Positions 49,665 through 63,059 of a stretch of DNA of 64,000 nucleotides are shown here, in pieces (the first letter of the stretch is position 1; each line of letters opens with the position of its first letter). Under the pieces are notes generated by a model. That model saw only the letters and a program-made list of their open reading frames with translations. It did no database searches and was not told the DNA's origin. This stretch comes from Squalus acanthias. Lineage: Eukaryota. The translations under genes and the position numbers were made by a program. The DNA lies in NCBI GenBank assembly GCA_030390025.1, contig CM059431.1, positions 131,380,001 through 131,444,000 of the forward strand. The letters are read 5' to 3'.

Positions 49665-51630
49665 AAGGGAGGATTCACTACTGGATCTGGTAATGGGGAA
49701 TGAACCAGAGCAAAGAAGAGAAGTAAAAGTAGAGAAACATCTAGGCAATAGTGACCATAATATAACACGATTTAGGATAATAATTCAAATGGACATAAGC
49801 ATGACAAAGACCAGGGTAATAGATTGGGGAAAAGCTGATTTTGAGGGGCTGAGAATAGAACTTGGGAAAATAAATTGGCAAACAATGATGCAAAACATCA
49901 ATTGGAAACATTTAAAACGGTGTTCAGCAGAGCCCAGGAAAAATATATTCTGCTAAAACACAAGAACAAACTAAACACTAATGAGACACCATGGATGAAT
50001 AAGGACATAATGGAAAAATTGAGGGTAAGGAAAAGGACATACACGAAGTACATGGACAGCAGATGAGAGCATGACAAAGGGAGGATATGAAGAGACTGAG
50101 AGAAGTCAAAAAAACAATTAGGAAGGCAAAGCGGAACTATGAAGTTAAATTATCAAGGAACATAAAACAAAATAGTAAAATATTCTACATGCATATAAAG
50201 AAAAAAAGGAAAGTTGGGATGAGAATAGGGACAGTCAGGAGAAAATCACAAGCAGCAATAGTGAAATGGCAGAAATATTAAATAATTATTTTGCTTCAGT
50301 ATTTACCAGGGAGACAGATCAGGTAGATTTGACATCGGAAGATGAGATTAGCAATGATATAGCCGCATTTAAAATTAAAAGAGGAGAAATATCAAATAAA
50401 CTAATCAAACTCAAAGAGAATAAAACCCCTGGTCCGGACAGATTGTATCCACGGATTTTAAAAGAATCTAGGGAAGAGATAGCAGAGGCACTATTACACA
50501 CATTTAATAATTCGTCAGAAAAAGGTGTAGTGCCAGAAGACGGGCAGATAGCTAACGTTATACCTATATTTAAGAAGAAGAACTTGTCCAGGGAGCTATA
50601 GACCAGTCAGCTTAAGATCAGTAGTAGGAAAAATAATGGAATCCCTACTGAAGGAGAAAATAGAAAAACACTAGAAACCAAAAAGATAATAAATAGTCAG
50701 CAAGGATTCAAAAGGGAAATATTTGCTTGACCAGCCTCATTGCATTCTTTGAAGAGGTAACAGAGAGAGTAATGCAGTAGATGTAATATATCTAGATTTC
50801 CAAAAGGCCTTCAATAAGGTACCACATAATAGACTAATGAATAAGGTCAGAGAATGTGGATTCAGGGAACAATTAGCAGAATGGATAGCTAGCTGGCTGA
50901 AAGACAGAAAGCAGAGAGTAGGGGTAAAGGGTAGCTATTCAGAGTGGCAGAAGGTGGGATGTGGGGTCCCACAAGGATCCGTGCTGGGACCACTATTGTT
51001 CACAATCTATATTAACAATTTAGACTTTTGGAATCAAAAACACAATTTCTAAATTTTTGGACGACACAAAGTTCGGAGGGGTAGTCAACACTGAGGAGGA
51101 CTGTAACAAATTACAGGAAGACATTAATAAACTTGAAGAATGGGCATATAATTGGCAAATGGATTTCAACATAGATAAATGTGAGGTATTACATTTTGGT
51201 AAGAAAAATAAGGTGGTCATATATTACTTGGAAAATAAGAATCTAAATGGGGTAGAGGAGCAGAGGGATCTGGGAGTACAATTACACAAATCACTAAAAG
51301 TTGCAATGCAGGTCAATAAGGTTATAACAAAAGCAAACCAAGCACTAGGGTTTATTTCTAGAGGGATAGAATTGAAAAGTAGAGAAGTTATGCTAAACTT
51401 GTATCAAACTTTGGTTAGACCACATTCGGAGTACTGTGTGCAGTTCTGGTCGCCATATTATGGAAAGGATATAGAGGCACTAAAGAGGGTGCAAAAAAGA
51501 TTTACAAGGATGATACCAGAACTGCAAAGTTATACCTATCAAGAAAAGATGAACTTGAAAAGAGAAGGCTGACGGGTGACCCAATAGAGGTCTTTAAAAT
51601 GATGAAAGGTTTTGATAGAATAGACACAGA

Positions 51631-52498
51631 GGCCACAATTTTGCAAATGGATGCGGCTTGGGAGCGGGTCAGCTGGTGTCCGGGTTCCAATCCCGCCCCA
51701 ACTGCATCCGGCCAATGGACATGATTTTATGTCGATTGGCCTTGTTAAGCCCACCTTGTGGGCTTGCCGGCCAATTAAGAAGAAGCCGGTCAGATGACGT
51801 CATTTGATGACGCGTCATCTGCCGGTTTTCTTAAAGGGACCACGCACAATTTTTCTTTGACAGCTCATTTCTCAGTGTTTGACAGCATCGAGGTGCTGCA
51901 AACACTGACAATGACTGTTCACAGGTGAGCTCTTGCACCCAGGCTCTCCAGTGACTCCCTCCTTAGGCTAGAACAGATGGCAGCTGCAGGTGAGGTTACA
52001 GAAGTGATCTGTCACTGGTGAGAGAGGTTCTCCCAATGAGGTGGGACAAGACAGCCAATTCAAAACTTGTTACCTACAGAAAAGAGTAAATACATTAAAA
52101 ATAATTTTCCCAACATTTTCTTACCTCTGAAACTCACCATTGGATCCTTCACACCACTTCTGCAGCTGTCATCAATGCAGAAACATTACAGCAGACTCGC
52201 AACACGCCACACTTACCTGGTGTGGTGTCCGGACATCGGGAAACCCGAGGCAGAATCGGCAACATTGAAAAAGAGCCTGTTAACAAGTATCAAGTACCTG
52301 TTAACAGCCAGGTAAGTGGCTATAATCCTCTTCCCGCCGCTAGGTGTCGGGTCCATGCGCAAATCGGGGACCCGACACTTGGGAAGATTAATTGGAGGCG
52401 GGTTGACAGCAGGTTTCCTGCCTGCCTTCAATCTTTGCGATTTTTGACAGCGGTCCCGCCTCCAATCCTGCACTCTGAGCACTGGCAAAATTTCAGCC
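51631..52498. mobile_element. Non-autonomous Harbinger derivative nested in CR1
   Basis: Ends GGCCACAATTTTGC / GCAAAATTTCAGCC; TSD AGA (51628-51630, 52499-52501); collinear with 4357-5232. Confidence 0.9.
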
Positions 52499-53766
52499 AG
52501 AGTATTTCAACTTGTGGGGAAGAGCAAAACTAGAGGCCATCAATATAAGATAGTCACCAAAAAATCAAATAGGGAATTCAAAAGAAACTTTTTTACCCTA
52601 GAGAGTGGTGAAAATGTGGAACTTGCTACCACAGGGCGTGATTGAGGTGAATAGTACAGATGCATTTAAGGGGAGGCTAGATAAGCATATGAGAGAGAAG
52701 GGAATAGAGGGTTATGCTGATAGAGTTAGATGAGGAAAGACGGGAGGAAGCTCGAGTAGAGCATAAACGCCGGCATGGACTGGTTGAGCCAAATGGCCTG
52801 TTTCTGTGCTGTATATCCTATGTAATTCTATGTAATTGCGCATATTAGTATAGCAGTGGCTGGATATCCATGATGTGTGCCAAATTCAGCATGGTTAGTG
52901 ATGGTACACATGTGCCGGGAGTGCAGGCAAGAGAATCTTTAAATATTTCTCTGCCCTAGAGTCAGCCCATCACAAACCATCACTGACTATGATTATGAAG
53001 AAGTCTGCATTGTAGGCCAAGTTGTCACCCAGTAAGTGTAGGCTGTGCGACAGTGGGCACTTTATGACTGAGGAGGATAGTGAAGGAAGAAAACAATCAG
53101 ATATAGAAGCGACCATTTTTTTGTTATCTTTCTGCAATTCTGCAATCTGTATTGTGAGGACTGTCATTTGTTCTGATAGAAAGAAAAATGTTGCAAATCT
53201 GAAATAAAGACGGATAACGTTGGAAATCCACAGCAGGCTGCCGGATTTGTCCTCCGCTGTCCTGTCTGCTCAGACCAGTGCTAGTTTGAAAGCAACAGTT
53301 AGTCGAATATCAAAAACAAATACATCAGGACCCTTCCATTCTTCAATGCTGCTGGCAGATCTACAAATAGACATAAGTGTTGTTAGATTCCATACAATGT
53401 TATGCTGCATTGCTCATAAGAGAGGAAGACAAAAACCGAAGCAACTTTTTAAACTTTGTTTTTCGTAAAGTGATGTAACATAAATACTGCAACATCAGAA
53501 TCCCAGGGTAGACTGAAGGAGACTTGTGAACTTTGCTTCAGTATGGATTTATAATGGAGTGAAATTGCACTATGCAATATTATCAATCAAATCTCTTAAT
53601 ATGCTTTATGTGAATTCTCTGTGTTATTTTGAGGAAGGCATTAGTCCATTTAAAATAAGTGCCTTACTGTGTTTGTGTACGACCATCACAAGGCAAGTTC
53701 AATGCATAAATCTGTTGCAGTCATACGTGACTTTGTGCTGAAATTACACCATGATGTAAAATCATT

Positions 53767-54240
53767 GGGCCAAATCTTGCTGTAGCAAGGCAAATCGCAA
53801 CATGCTCCGTTAGTTAGACTACACCCTTCAGCTCGAATATAATTTGCGGCGTAACTTGCTGGAAATACGAACTGGTAACGGCACGGCAAGGGCAACAGGG
53901 CATCTGGGACCTTAGTGATCGACGGGGCCAGCAGTGTATCTCATTAACCAATGTGATTTACGGCTTGAGAAATAAACAGAGGAACGACGGAGAAGGAAGG
54001 TGAATTGGAGTCAAATTAGATACAGAAAGAGAACTAAAGAGAGGGAAGGAAAGATTGGATTAAGACAAAAAAAGAGACAGAAAGGAAAAGTAAGAAAAAT
54101 TTTAATTTTTTTAAATTTGAAATTTTTTAAATCTCTAAGCAGAATTTACTACACGCAGGAATGAGATTCAACAGTTTAAATTGTTTCCTTTCTGTGCCGG
54201 AGACATTGTGAGGCATTGCATTAACAATTATCACTGTTAG
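53767..54240. mobile_element. Left part of a Harbinger-type MITE (family of 25430-26190)
   Basis: Starts GGGCCAAATCTTGC; TGTATCTCATTAACCAAT and the GA-rich block match 25600-25880; right end not found. Confidence 0.65.
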
Positions 54241-54282
54241 TGTGAAGCAAATGGAGGAGTGGTGTAAATCGACCATCAAGTT

Positions 54283-57200
54283 CATAGAATCATAGAATGG
54301 TTACAGCACAGAAGGAGGCCATTCGGCCCGTCGAGCCCGTGCCAGTTCTCTGCAAGAGCACTTCAGCCAGTCCCACTCCACTGCCCTTTCCCCGTAGCCC
54401 TGCAAATTTTTTTCCTTCAGGTACTTATCCAGTTCCCTTTTGAAAGCCATGATTGAATCTGCCTCCACCACCCTCTCAGGCAGTGCATTCCAGATCCTAA
54501 CCACTCGCTGCGTAAAAATGTTTTTCCTCATGTCGCCTTTGGTTCTTCTGCCAATCACTTTTAAATCTGTGTCCTCTGGTTCTCGACCCTTCCGCCAATG
54601 GGAACAGTTTCTTTCTATCTACTCTGTCTAGATCCCTCATGATGTTGAACACCCTTATCAAATCTCCTCTCAACCTTCTCTGCTCTAAGGAGAACAACCC
54701 CAGCTTCTCCAGTCTATCCACATAACTGAAGTCCTTCATCCCTGGAACCATTCTTGTAAATCTTTTCTGCACCCTCTCTAAGGCTTTCACATCCTTCCTA
54801 AAGTGCGGTGCCCAGAATTGGACACAATACTCCAGTTGAGGCCGAACCAGTGTTTTATAAAGGTTCATCATAACTTCCTTGCTTTTGTACCCTATGCCTC
54901 TATTTATGAAGCCCAGTATTCCGTATGCTTTTTTAACTGCTTTCTCAACCTGCTCTGCCAACTTCAATGATTTGTGCACATATACCCCCAGGTCTCTCTG
55001 TTCATGCACCCCTTTAGAATTGTACCCTTTAGTTTATATTGCCTCTCATCGTTCTTCCTACCAAAATGTATCACTTTGCACTTTTCTGCATTAAATGTCA
55101 TCTGCCACGTGTCTGCCTATTCCACCAGCCTGTCTATGTCTTCTTGAAGTCTATCACTATCCTCCTCACTGTTCACTATACTTCCAAGTTTTGTGTCATC
55201 TGCAAATTTTGAAATTGTGCCCTGTACGGAAAGAACAAACTAAACACTAATGAGACTCCATGGATGAATAAAGACAAAAGGAAACAATTGAGGGTAAGGA
55301 AAGAGGCATAACTTAAGTACATAGACAGCAGAGGAGTGCATGATAAGAGAGAATACAAAGGGATTAGGAGAGAATCAAAAAAACAATTAGGAAGGCAAAG
55401 AGTAACTATGAAATTAAATTATCAAGGAACATAAAAATAGTAAAATATTTTACAGGCACATCAATTAAAAAAAGGAAGGTTGGGATGGGAATAGGACCAT
55501 TAAGGGATGGACAAGACAATACCACGGGCAACGATAGGGAGATGGAGAAATATTAAATCATTATTTTATTTCGGTATTTACCAGGGAGATAGAACAGGTG
55601 GACATGACATTGGATGATGAGATGAGTAATGAGATAACTGCATTTAAAATTAAAAAAAGGGGATATGTTAAGTAAACTAATCAAACTCAAAGAGGATAAA
55701 ACCCCTGGTCCGGATGGATTGCATCCACGCATTTTAAAATAATCTAGGGAAGAGATAGCAGAGGCATTACTACACATATTTAGTAATTCGTTAGAAAAAG
55801 GTGTAGTGCCAGAGGACTGGTGGAAAGCTAACGTAATACCTATATTTAAGAAGGGGGATAGAACATGCCCAGGGAATTATAGACCAGTCAGCTTAACATC
55901 GGTGGTAGGAAAAATAATGGAATCCCTACTAAAGGAGAGAATAGAAGAACATCTAGAAATGAAAAGTATAATAATGAATAGTCAGCATAGATTTCAAAAG
56001 GGAAAATCTTGCTTGACCAACCTTATTGAATTTTTTGAAGAGGTAACAGAGAGAGTAGACAATGGTAATGCAGTAGATGTAATTTATCTAGATTTTCAAA
56101 AGGCCTTCAATAAAGTACTCCATAATAGACTAATGAATAAGGTCAGAGAATGCGGAGTCAGGGGACAAGTAGCAGAATGGATTGCTAGCTGGCTTCAAGA
56201 CAGGAAGCAGAGAGTGGGAGTAAAGGGTTGCTATTCACAGCAGCAGAAGGTGGGTAGTGGTGTTCCATAAGGATCAGTGCTGGGACCACTGCTGTTCACA
56301 ATTTACATTAACGATTTAGACTTTGGAATCAAAAACACAATTTCTAAATTTGCGGATGACACCAAATTGGGGGAATAGTCAATACTGAGGAGGACTGCAA
56401 CAAATTACAGGAGGACATTAATAAATTTGCAGAATGGGCAAACAATTGGCAAATTAAGTTCAACACAGACAAATGTGAGGTATTACATTTTGGTAGGAAG
56501 AATAGGGAGGTCACTTATCACTTGGAGGGTGCGAGTCTAGGTGGGGTAGAGGAACAAAGGGATCTCGGAGTACAAATACACAAATCGCTAAAAGTTGCAA
56601 CACAGGTTAGCAAGGCCATTAAAATGCAAACCAAGCACTAGGGTTTATTTCTAGAGGGATAGAATTGAAAAGTAGGGAAGTTATGCTGAACCTGTATCGA
56701 ACCTTGGTTAAACTACACTTAGAGTACTGCGTGCAGTTCTGGTCGCCATATTATAAAAAGGATGTAGAGGCACTGAAGAGGGTGCAGAGAAGATTTACAA
56801 GGATGATACCAGAAATGCGAGGGTATACATATCAGGAAAGGATGAACAGGCTGGGTCTCTTTTTGCTTGAAAAAAGAAGGCTGAGGGGTGACCTAATAGA
56901 GGTCTATAAAATTATGAAAGGTTTTGATGGAGTGGATACAGAGAGAATGTTTCCACTTGTGGGGAAGAGCATAACTAGAGGCCATCAATATAAGATAGTC
57001 ACCAAGAAATCAAATAGGGAATTCAGAAGAAACTTCTTTACCCAAAGAGTGGTGAGAATGTGGAACTGGCTATCACAGGGAGTGGTTGAAGCATAGATGC
57101 ATTTAAGGGGAGGCTGGACAAACATCTGAGGGAGAAGGGAATAGAGGGCTATGCTGATAGATTTAGATGAGGAAAGACGGGAGGAGGCTTGAGTGGAGCC

Positions 57201-58500
57201 TAAACGCCGGCATGGACTGGTTGGGCCGAATGGCCTGTTTCTGTGCCGTATATCCTATGTACACCCAAGTCTAAGTCATTAATATATATCGAGAAAAGCA
57301 GTGGTCCTAGTACCGACCCCTGGGGAACACCACTGTATACCCTCCTCCAGTCCAAAAAAACAACCGTTCACCACTACTCTCTGTTTCCTGTCACTTAACC
57401 AATTTCGCATCCATGCTGCCACTGTCCCTTTTATTCCATGGGCTTCAACTTTGCTGGCAAGCCTATTATGTGGCAGTTTATCAAACGCCTTTTGGAAGTC
57501 CATGTACACTACATCAACCGCATTGCCCTCATTAATCCTCTCTGTTACCTCATCAAAAAACTCAATCAAGTTAGTTAAACACGATTTGCCTTTAACAGTT
57601 CTGTGCTGGCTTTCCTTAATTAATCCATACTTGTCCAAGTGACTGTTAATTTTGTCCCGGATTATCGTTTCTAAAAGCTTCCCCACAACCGAGGTTAAAC
57701 TGATTGACCTGTAGTTGCTGGGTTTATCCTTATACCCTTTTTTGAACAAGGGTATAACATTTGCAATTCTCCAGTTCTCTGGCACCACCCCCGTATCCGA
57801 GGAGGATTGGAATATTATGGCCAGCACCGCCGCGATTTCCACCTTTATTTCCCTCAGCATCCTAGGATGCATCCCATCCAGTCCTGGTGACTTATCTACT
57901 TTAAGTACAGACAGCCTTTCTAGTACTTCGTCCTTATCAATTTTTATCCCATCCAGTATCTCAACTACCTCCTCTTTCACTATGACTTTGACAGCATCTT
58001 CTTCCTTGGTAAAGACAGATGCAATGTACTCATTTAGTACCTCAGCCATGCCCTCTCCCTCCATGCGTAGGTCTCCTTTTTGGTCCCTAATCGGCCCCAC
58101 CCCTCCTCGAACTACCCGTTTACTATTTATATGCCTTTTAGAAGACTTTTGGATTCCCTTTTATGTTAGCTGCCAATCTATTCTCGTACTCTCTCTTTGC
58201 CCCTCTTATTTCCTTTTTCACTTCCCTTCTGAACTTTCTATAGTCAACCTGGTTCTCACTTGTATTCTCAACCTGACATCTGTCATACGCGCTCTTTTTC
58301 TGCTTAATCTTACTCTCTATCTCTTTCGTCATCCAGTGTGCTCTGGCTTTGGTTGCCCTAAATTTCCCCCTTGTGGGAATGTACCTCGACTGTACCCGAA
58401 CCATCTCCTCTTTAAATGCAGCCCATTGTTTGATTACAGTTTTGCCTGCCAATCTTTGATTCCAATTTACCTGGGCCAGATCCATTCTCAACCCACTGAA
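54283..58500 (-). mobile_element. 5'-truncated CR1 LINE (same subfamily as 7948-11566), split by a nested CR1
   Basis: Segments 54283-55226 and 57261-58500 join to one ORF2; CATAGAAT tail repeats at the left end. Confidence 0.93.
55227..57260 (+). mobile_element. CR1 LINE nested antisense in another CR1
   Basis: YRPVSLTSVVGK, DFQKAF, FFTQRVVRMWN; ends CCTATGT; short TGTAC repeat at both junctions. Confidence 0.92.
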
Positions 58501-59974
58501 GCTCTGGAGATTCATAACTAACGGCGTGTCTCTTAATCCTCTGAACTTGCTGGCCGATTTGCACATTAATGATGGCATGTGTTGTGAACTCGCCCTTATT
58601 TTTTCAGGACGATTTGCCTCTTTTGTAAGCATTTCTGTTGCAAAGGGACAGTGAAGCTGTGTGGAAAGGAAGCCCTCTAATTGGATGAATTCATCATATT
58701 TCACCCATATATAAATGTTCCATTCTTTATCCCTGTTCATTTATTTTTATTATTCTCAATTTTTCAAATGTTCTCCCTCTCACGTAGGTCTTTGTGCACC
58801 ATTCCCTAAACCGAAGTGAGGTAAGTTAATGCCTTTGTCAATATAGCAGAAAGAGCAATTTCATATTAACACGCACACTGTAATTATCAGTCCTTTGGTC
58901 CCACTTGTATACCAATGGCAACCTTGAACCAATCACTGAGCTATATGAAACCGCACCCAGAGGTAATTCATCCATTGACTTCAAGTTATGTCTTAAAAAC
59001 TAATCCTTCCCTCTGCGTCAGATCTCCTAAGTGCTTCCTCCTAAAATTCAGCGTGATTTGCCCATTCCATCAACCTGTCGGAGCACTAATTATTTAAACA
59101 CCTAGAGTAGAATCTTGCAATTACAGGGCCATGGCAGTGTGGGAGGAAATGTGTACCTTTCAGATATAAAAAAGGTTCTGCCTCCCCATTTCAGAGCAAT
59201 GTCAGAGGTTCCCCAGTTCTTGTTGGCTGCTCATTCGAATTTTTAACAGATCATTTGTACTTCAAAAAACCTGAGCAGGAGAAAGCAGATCTGCCTGCCT
59301 TTTGAAACCTAAGGTACACACACAGTTTTTAATGAAATCGTTAGCTCTGTTGATCTTTCTAACTGCATCTTTTGCACGATATGCAATGCAGTCTCGTAGC
59401 TGCAGGCTAGCAGACTAGGTGGCATTAGTATTTCAGACTGTGGGGAAATGATGATGAAAATCTTACTCTTCTAAGCAAGGCACATCTTCTGATCTTTTCA
59501 TAAAATCTCTTAGAAAGCTGATACCATTAGTAAGAGCCTCCTGAAACCAAAATATTGATTTTTGTATGTTGTGTAGACATCAATATGTGGTACTGCCTTA
59601 AATAGGTTCCATCATAAGTCAAAGGTTTGAAAATAGTGCAAGAGTTTGGGTTCTACCCAAAGGTGCAGAAGTACCAAGAAGCATTTTCAGTTAGAAACTT
59701 TTCTGAAACAAATTCAGTAAGCTCTGCTTCAAAGGATTACATTTTACAAGGTCGCTAGTACTTTTTGTAAAATTGTTAAGAGCTTAAGCAAAATTCAAAA
59801 TCCCAGGGCTCTTGGCTTCAGATTAGTAGATACTGTGCTGTGTCAACGATACAAAAATGCATCTTGTTCCCATATTCCCCTTTCCTAACCTGATTAAGAT
59901 TAATTCAACTATGTGATAATTATAATTACTTTGTACTTGAGTGGACTGAATTTGATCACATTTCCAAAGAAAAT

Positions 59975-60335
59975 GAAGACTTGCATTTATATAGCACCTT
60001 TTATCACCTCAGGACATCCCAGAGTACTTTACAACCAGTGAAGTACTTTTGAAGTGTAGTCACTGTTGTAATGTAGGAAATGCTGCAGCAAATTAGCGCA
60101 CAGCAAGATCACACAAAATGAGATAATGACCAAATCATCCGTTTTGGAATTGGTTGTTTGGTTTTGGTTGAGGCATAAATGTTGGCTAGGATGCTGTGAG
60201 AACTCCCCTGCTCTTCGAATAGTGCTGTGGGATTTTTTACGTCCACTTGAGAGGGCAGACTGAGAAAGATGGCACCTCTGACAGTGCAGCACTCTCTCAG
60301 TATTGCACTGATGTGCCACCCTAGATTATATGCTG
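59975..60335 (-). mobile_element. SacSINE1-like copy without its head
   Basis: Collinear with 32331-32715. Confidence 0.8.
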
Positions 60336-60582
60336 AATTTTATCATGGATAAAAAATACTTCAGTTGTTTGCAACTCACAAATTAAATCACCTTTCCCAG
60401 TTTATTTTACATACAAAATTGATGGGCAGGAAAAAACCATCTGGTCCATTAAGCATTCGGCACACAATCGTGATGCATGAAGCATTATAATTAGACACGC
60501 CCTACCAACCACTAGCCATGTAATCGCCTGGGAGAGGCAAAAAACAGATAGGAAAAAACCCAACGCCAATTCGAAAAAAGAA

Positions 60583-60782
60583 AAAGACTTGCATTTCTAT
60601 AGCGCCTTTCACAATATCAGGACGTCCCAAGGTGCTTTACAGCCAATGAAGTATTTTTGAAGCGTGGTCACTGTTTTAATGTATAAATTGTGACAGACAA
60701 TTTTCACACAGCAAGGTCCCATAAACAGCAATGTAATAATGACCAGATAATCTGTTTTTAATGATGTTGGTTGAGGGATAAA
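60583..60782 (-). mobile_element. SacSINE1-like 3' half
   Basis: AAGACTTGCATTTCTATAGCGCCTTTCAC..GATGTTGGTTGAGGGATAAATA. Confidence 0.8.
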
Positions 60783-62188
60783 TAAACAAACATATAAAAC
60801 ATTCCATCACAAAATCCAAAGCTGTCTGCTTTTTATGTTTGTTTTCTAATCTGTCATGTGGACATACTATCCACCATTACGCAATGAAAGTGTATCATAA
60901 GCTTACATGTTTTGCTTTGCACTGATAAAGGATCTGTGTTCCCCTCTATCTTGGGCACCAGTCTTTTATGCAGACTTTGAGAACCCTTGAGCTAAAAGTG
61001 CAGTGGTTTGGTGCCATTGGATGATATTATTGACAAAAGCAAGACTATAATCAAAAGGTGGTTTCCCATCTTTGTGACTTGCACTGGTGGGAGTATAAAG
61101 GTCAGCTGTGTGATGTCTGGCTTTGATTGTTTATACGGTTGAAACTGAGCTGGTATTCTGTACCACTGTTCTACTTTTACTGTTTAAGAAGAGCTGACTC
61201 AGCTGTCAGTTTTATTCTGAATCTGTGGGAAAAAAATCTAATTGTTGGTCAATAGCTCGTAAGCTGCACCCTGTACATAGGCGTGCGTGTATATGTGTGC
61301 AGCTTGGCTTTTCTCTCTCTAGTTCTAAGAAATAGAAGTAGGCAGCGTAACTACAACTCTCCGCTTGCATTGCTGCTCAAATGCTAGCAGTACAATGCAA
61401 CTGTCAGTTCTTTCAGTACCTCTCCCAAGCAACCCGGAGATATTTGTATCTGTAAAGAAATCCCACCGAGCTGACCACCCAAGAACTGAACGATGTCATC
61501 TTGCATCCCTGGTGGATTTAAGTGATCCCCCAGTACTGAAAATGAAAGTTTTGAGAAGTGCACAACATCATTCTTGCTGGCATTAGAAATTGCTCCAGCA
61601 TGTTTGCACGTTCCACATAAAAGTTTTGTTTACCAAACCATTACAAATGACCATTTTCAGCACATTATCGCACTGGTTTTCATCTGACCATTAACTCAGG
61701 CCAGTTTGAAATGCAAAGTAACTCCCTAAATCCCTTTTATTTGTATCATCTGATGCGGAAAAGCGTCTGTAGTATTGTAAGTACTTCAGCTGTGATGTGA
61801 TTAAAGTGACCCACCGTGAAATTGTGCAAACAGGGTTCAGTAAATTGTAATATAGGAATTGTACTCAATTACAGAAAATGGCTTCAGGTTACAGCTATTG
61901 TAAATGGGTTACCTGAAGTTAAATTAAGGGACATACACCACCCCCCCCCACCTTTCCCCACCACAAACTTGTCAGCCATTAGATCTCTGTCTAAGCGGTG
62001 GGGGGCGGAAATTGCGATGTCAGTGGAGTCGGTGGAACACTCCTACTCATTCTGGCTCCACAAGAAGAATGAGCACAACGCATATCAATTTCTACCACAT
62101 CATTTTTTGTAGGTCTTACCTCCTCCTGTCTGTCTCTGTTTTTTCCCTATCCAAACACCAACCCCCTCACCGCCCCCCCCACCCCCAT

Positions 62189-62189
<1 letters not shown>

Positions 62190-62243
<54 letters not shown>

Positions 62244-62254
62244 CACACACACAC
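62190..62254 (+). repeat. (CA)n microsatellite with a short TA interruption
   Basis: Read directly from the sequence. Confidence 0.97.
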
Positions 62255-62690
62255 GTGCAATCTAGAATGCTGTTACCAAGTAGTATTTCATCTAATAGCT
62301 ATTCAAAATTTGTAAAACATATCCAAAGAAGGCAGGCACGATGAAATGTTAATTAAGGATGGAATTAAGATTCCATCCTTTGGGAGCCACTGGGCTCCCT
62401 GAGAGCTGTTACTTTAATCAGTATAAAGTGAATGTTGTTTTTTAATACAAGGATGATTAAATTTGATATAAAACTGTAGAATATAGTTAGCAAGATTTTA
62501 CAATTATATGTGGAATTCGAATAGCGCCATGGCATGGGTTTAACCAGCTATCTGACCAAAGGTGTTGTTGAAGATGATAGGGCATCTGATTTGTTACCTG
62601 TAGCACCACTCATACTCTCAGATAGAGCCAGATGCCCCCTCATCCCACCATATTCCAGAACAAATTATATAACAAGCCAAGATAGACAAA

Positions 62691-62817
62691 AGCAAAATAC
62701 TGCGGATGCTGGAAATCTGAAATAAAAACAGAAAATGCTGGAAATACTCAGCAGGTCAGGCAGCATCTGTAGAGAGAGAAACAGAGTCGTTTCAGGTTGA
62801 TGACCCTTCGTCAGAAC
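62691..62817 (-). mobile_element. Solo Penelope pLTR (family 1) with a degenerate hammerhead
   Basis: Matches 47983-48112; minus strand CTGACGAAGGGTCATCAACCTGAAACGACT has a small deletion at the cleavage site. Confidence 0.85.
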
Positions 62818-63059
62818 AGATAAGACTCCAGTTAATGTTAGCTGCCAGGACCTGCTGCCCACTCCTGACCCAAGAAGGAAGAATGTCAGGCCTGTCACTC
62901 TGAAGAGGGGAAGAACATTTGGCGGGGGTTAATCAATCCAGCTGTGCTTTTTCTATTTTGTAAGAAATCTCGATTACCTTCACTGTCCTGTACCATCATT
63001 ATCATGTGTCATTAGACAGGTTTTTTTTAAATCTGGTGGATCCAAGGTGCAAAGTAGGA

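Larger units (their letters stand above)
49200..52836 (+). mobile_element. CR1 LINE ORF2 + 3' UTR, decayed, hosting a Penelope hairpin and a Harbinger MITE
   Basis: [47 protein letters not shown] tail at ~52820-52836. Confidence 0.92.

Noticed and set aside
62012..62344. 110-aa ORF with an HT repeat
   Set aside because: Translation of a (CA)n microsatellite.
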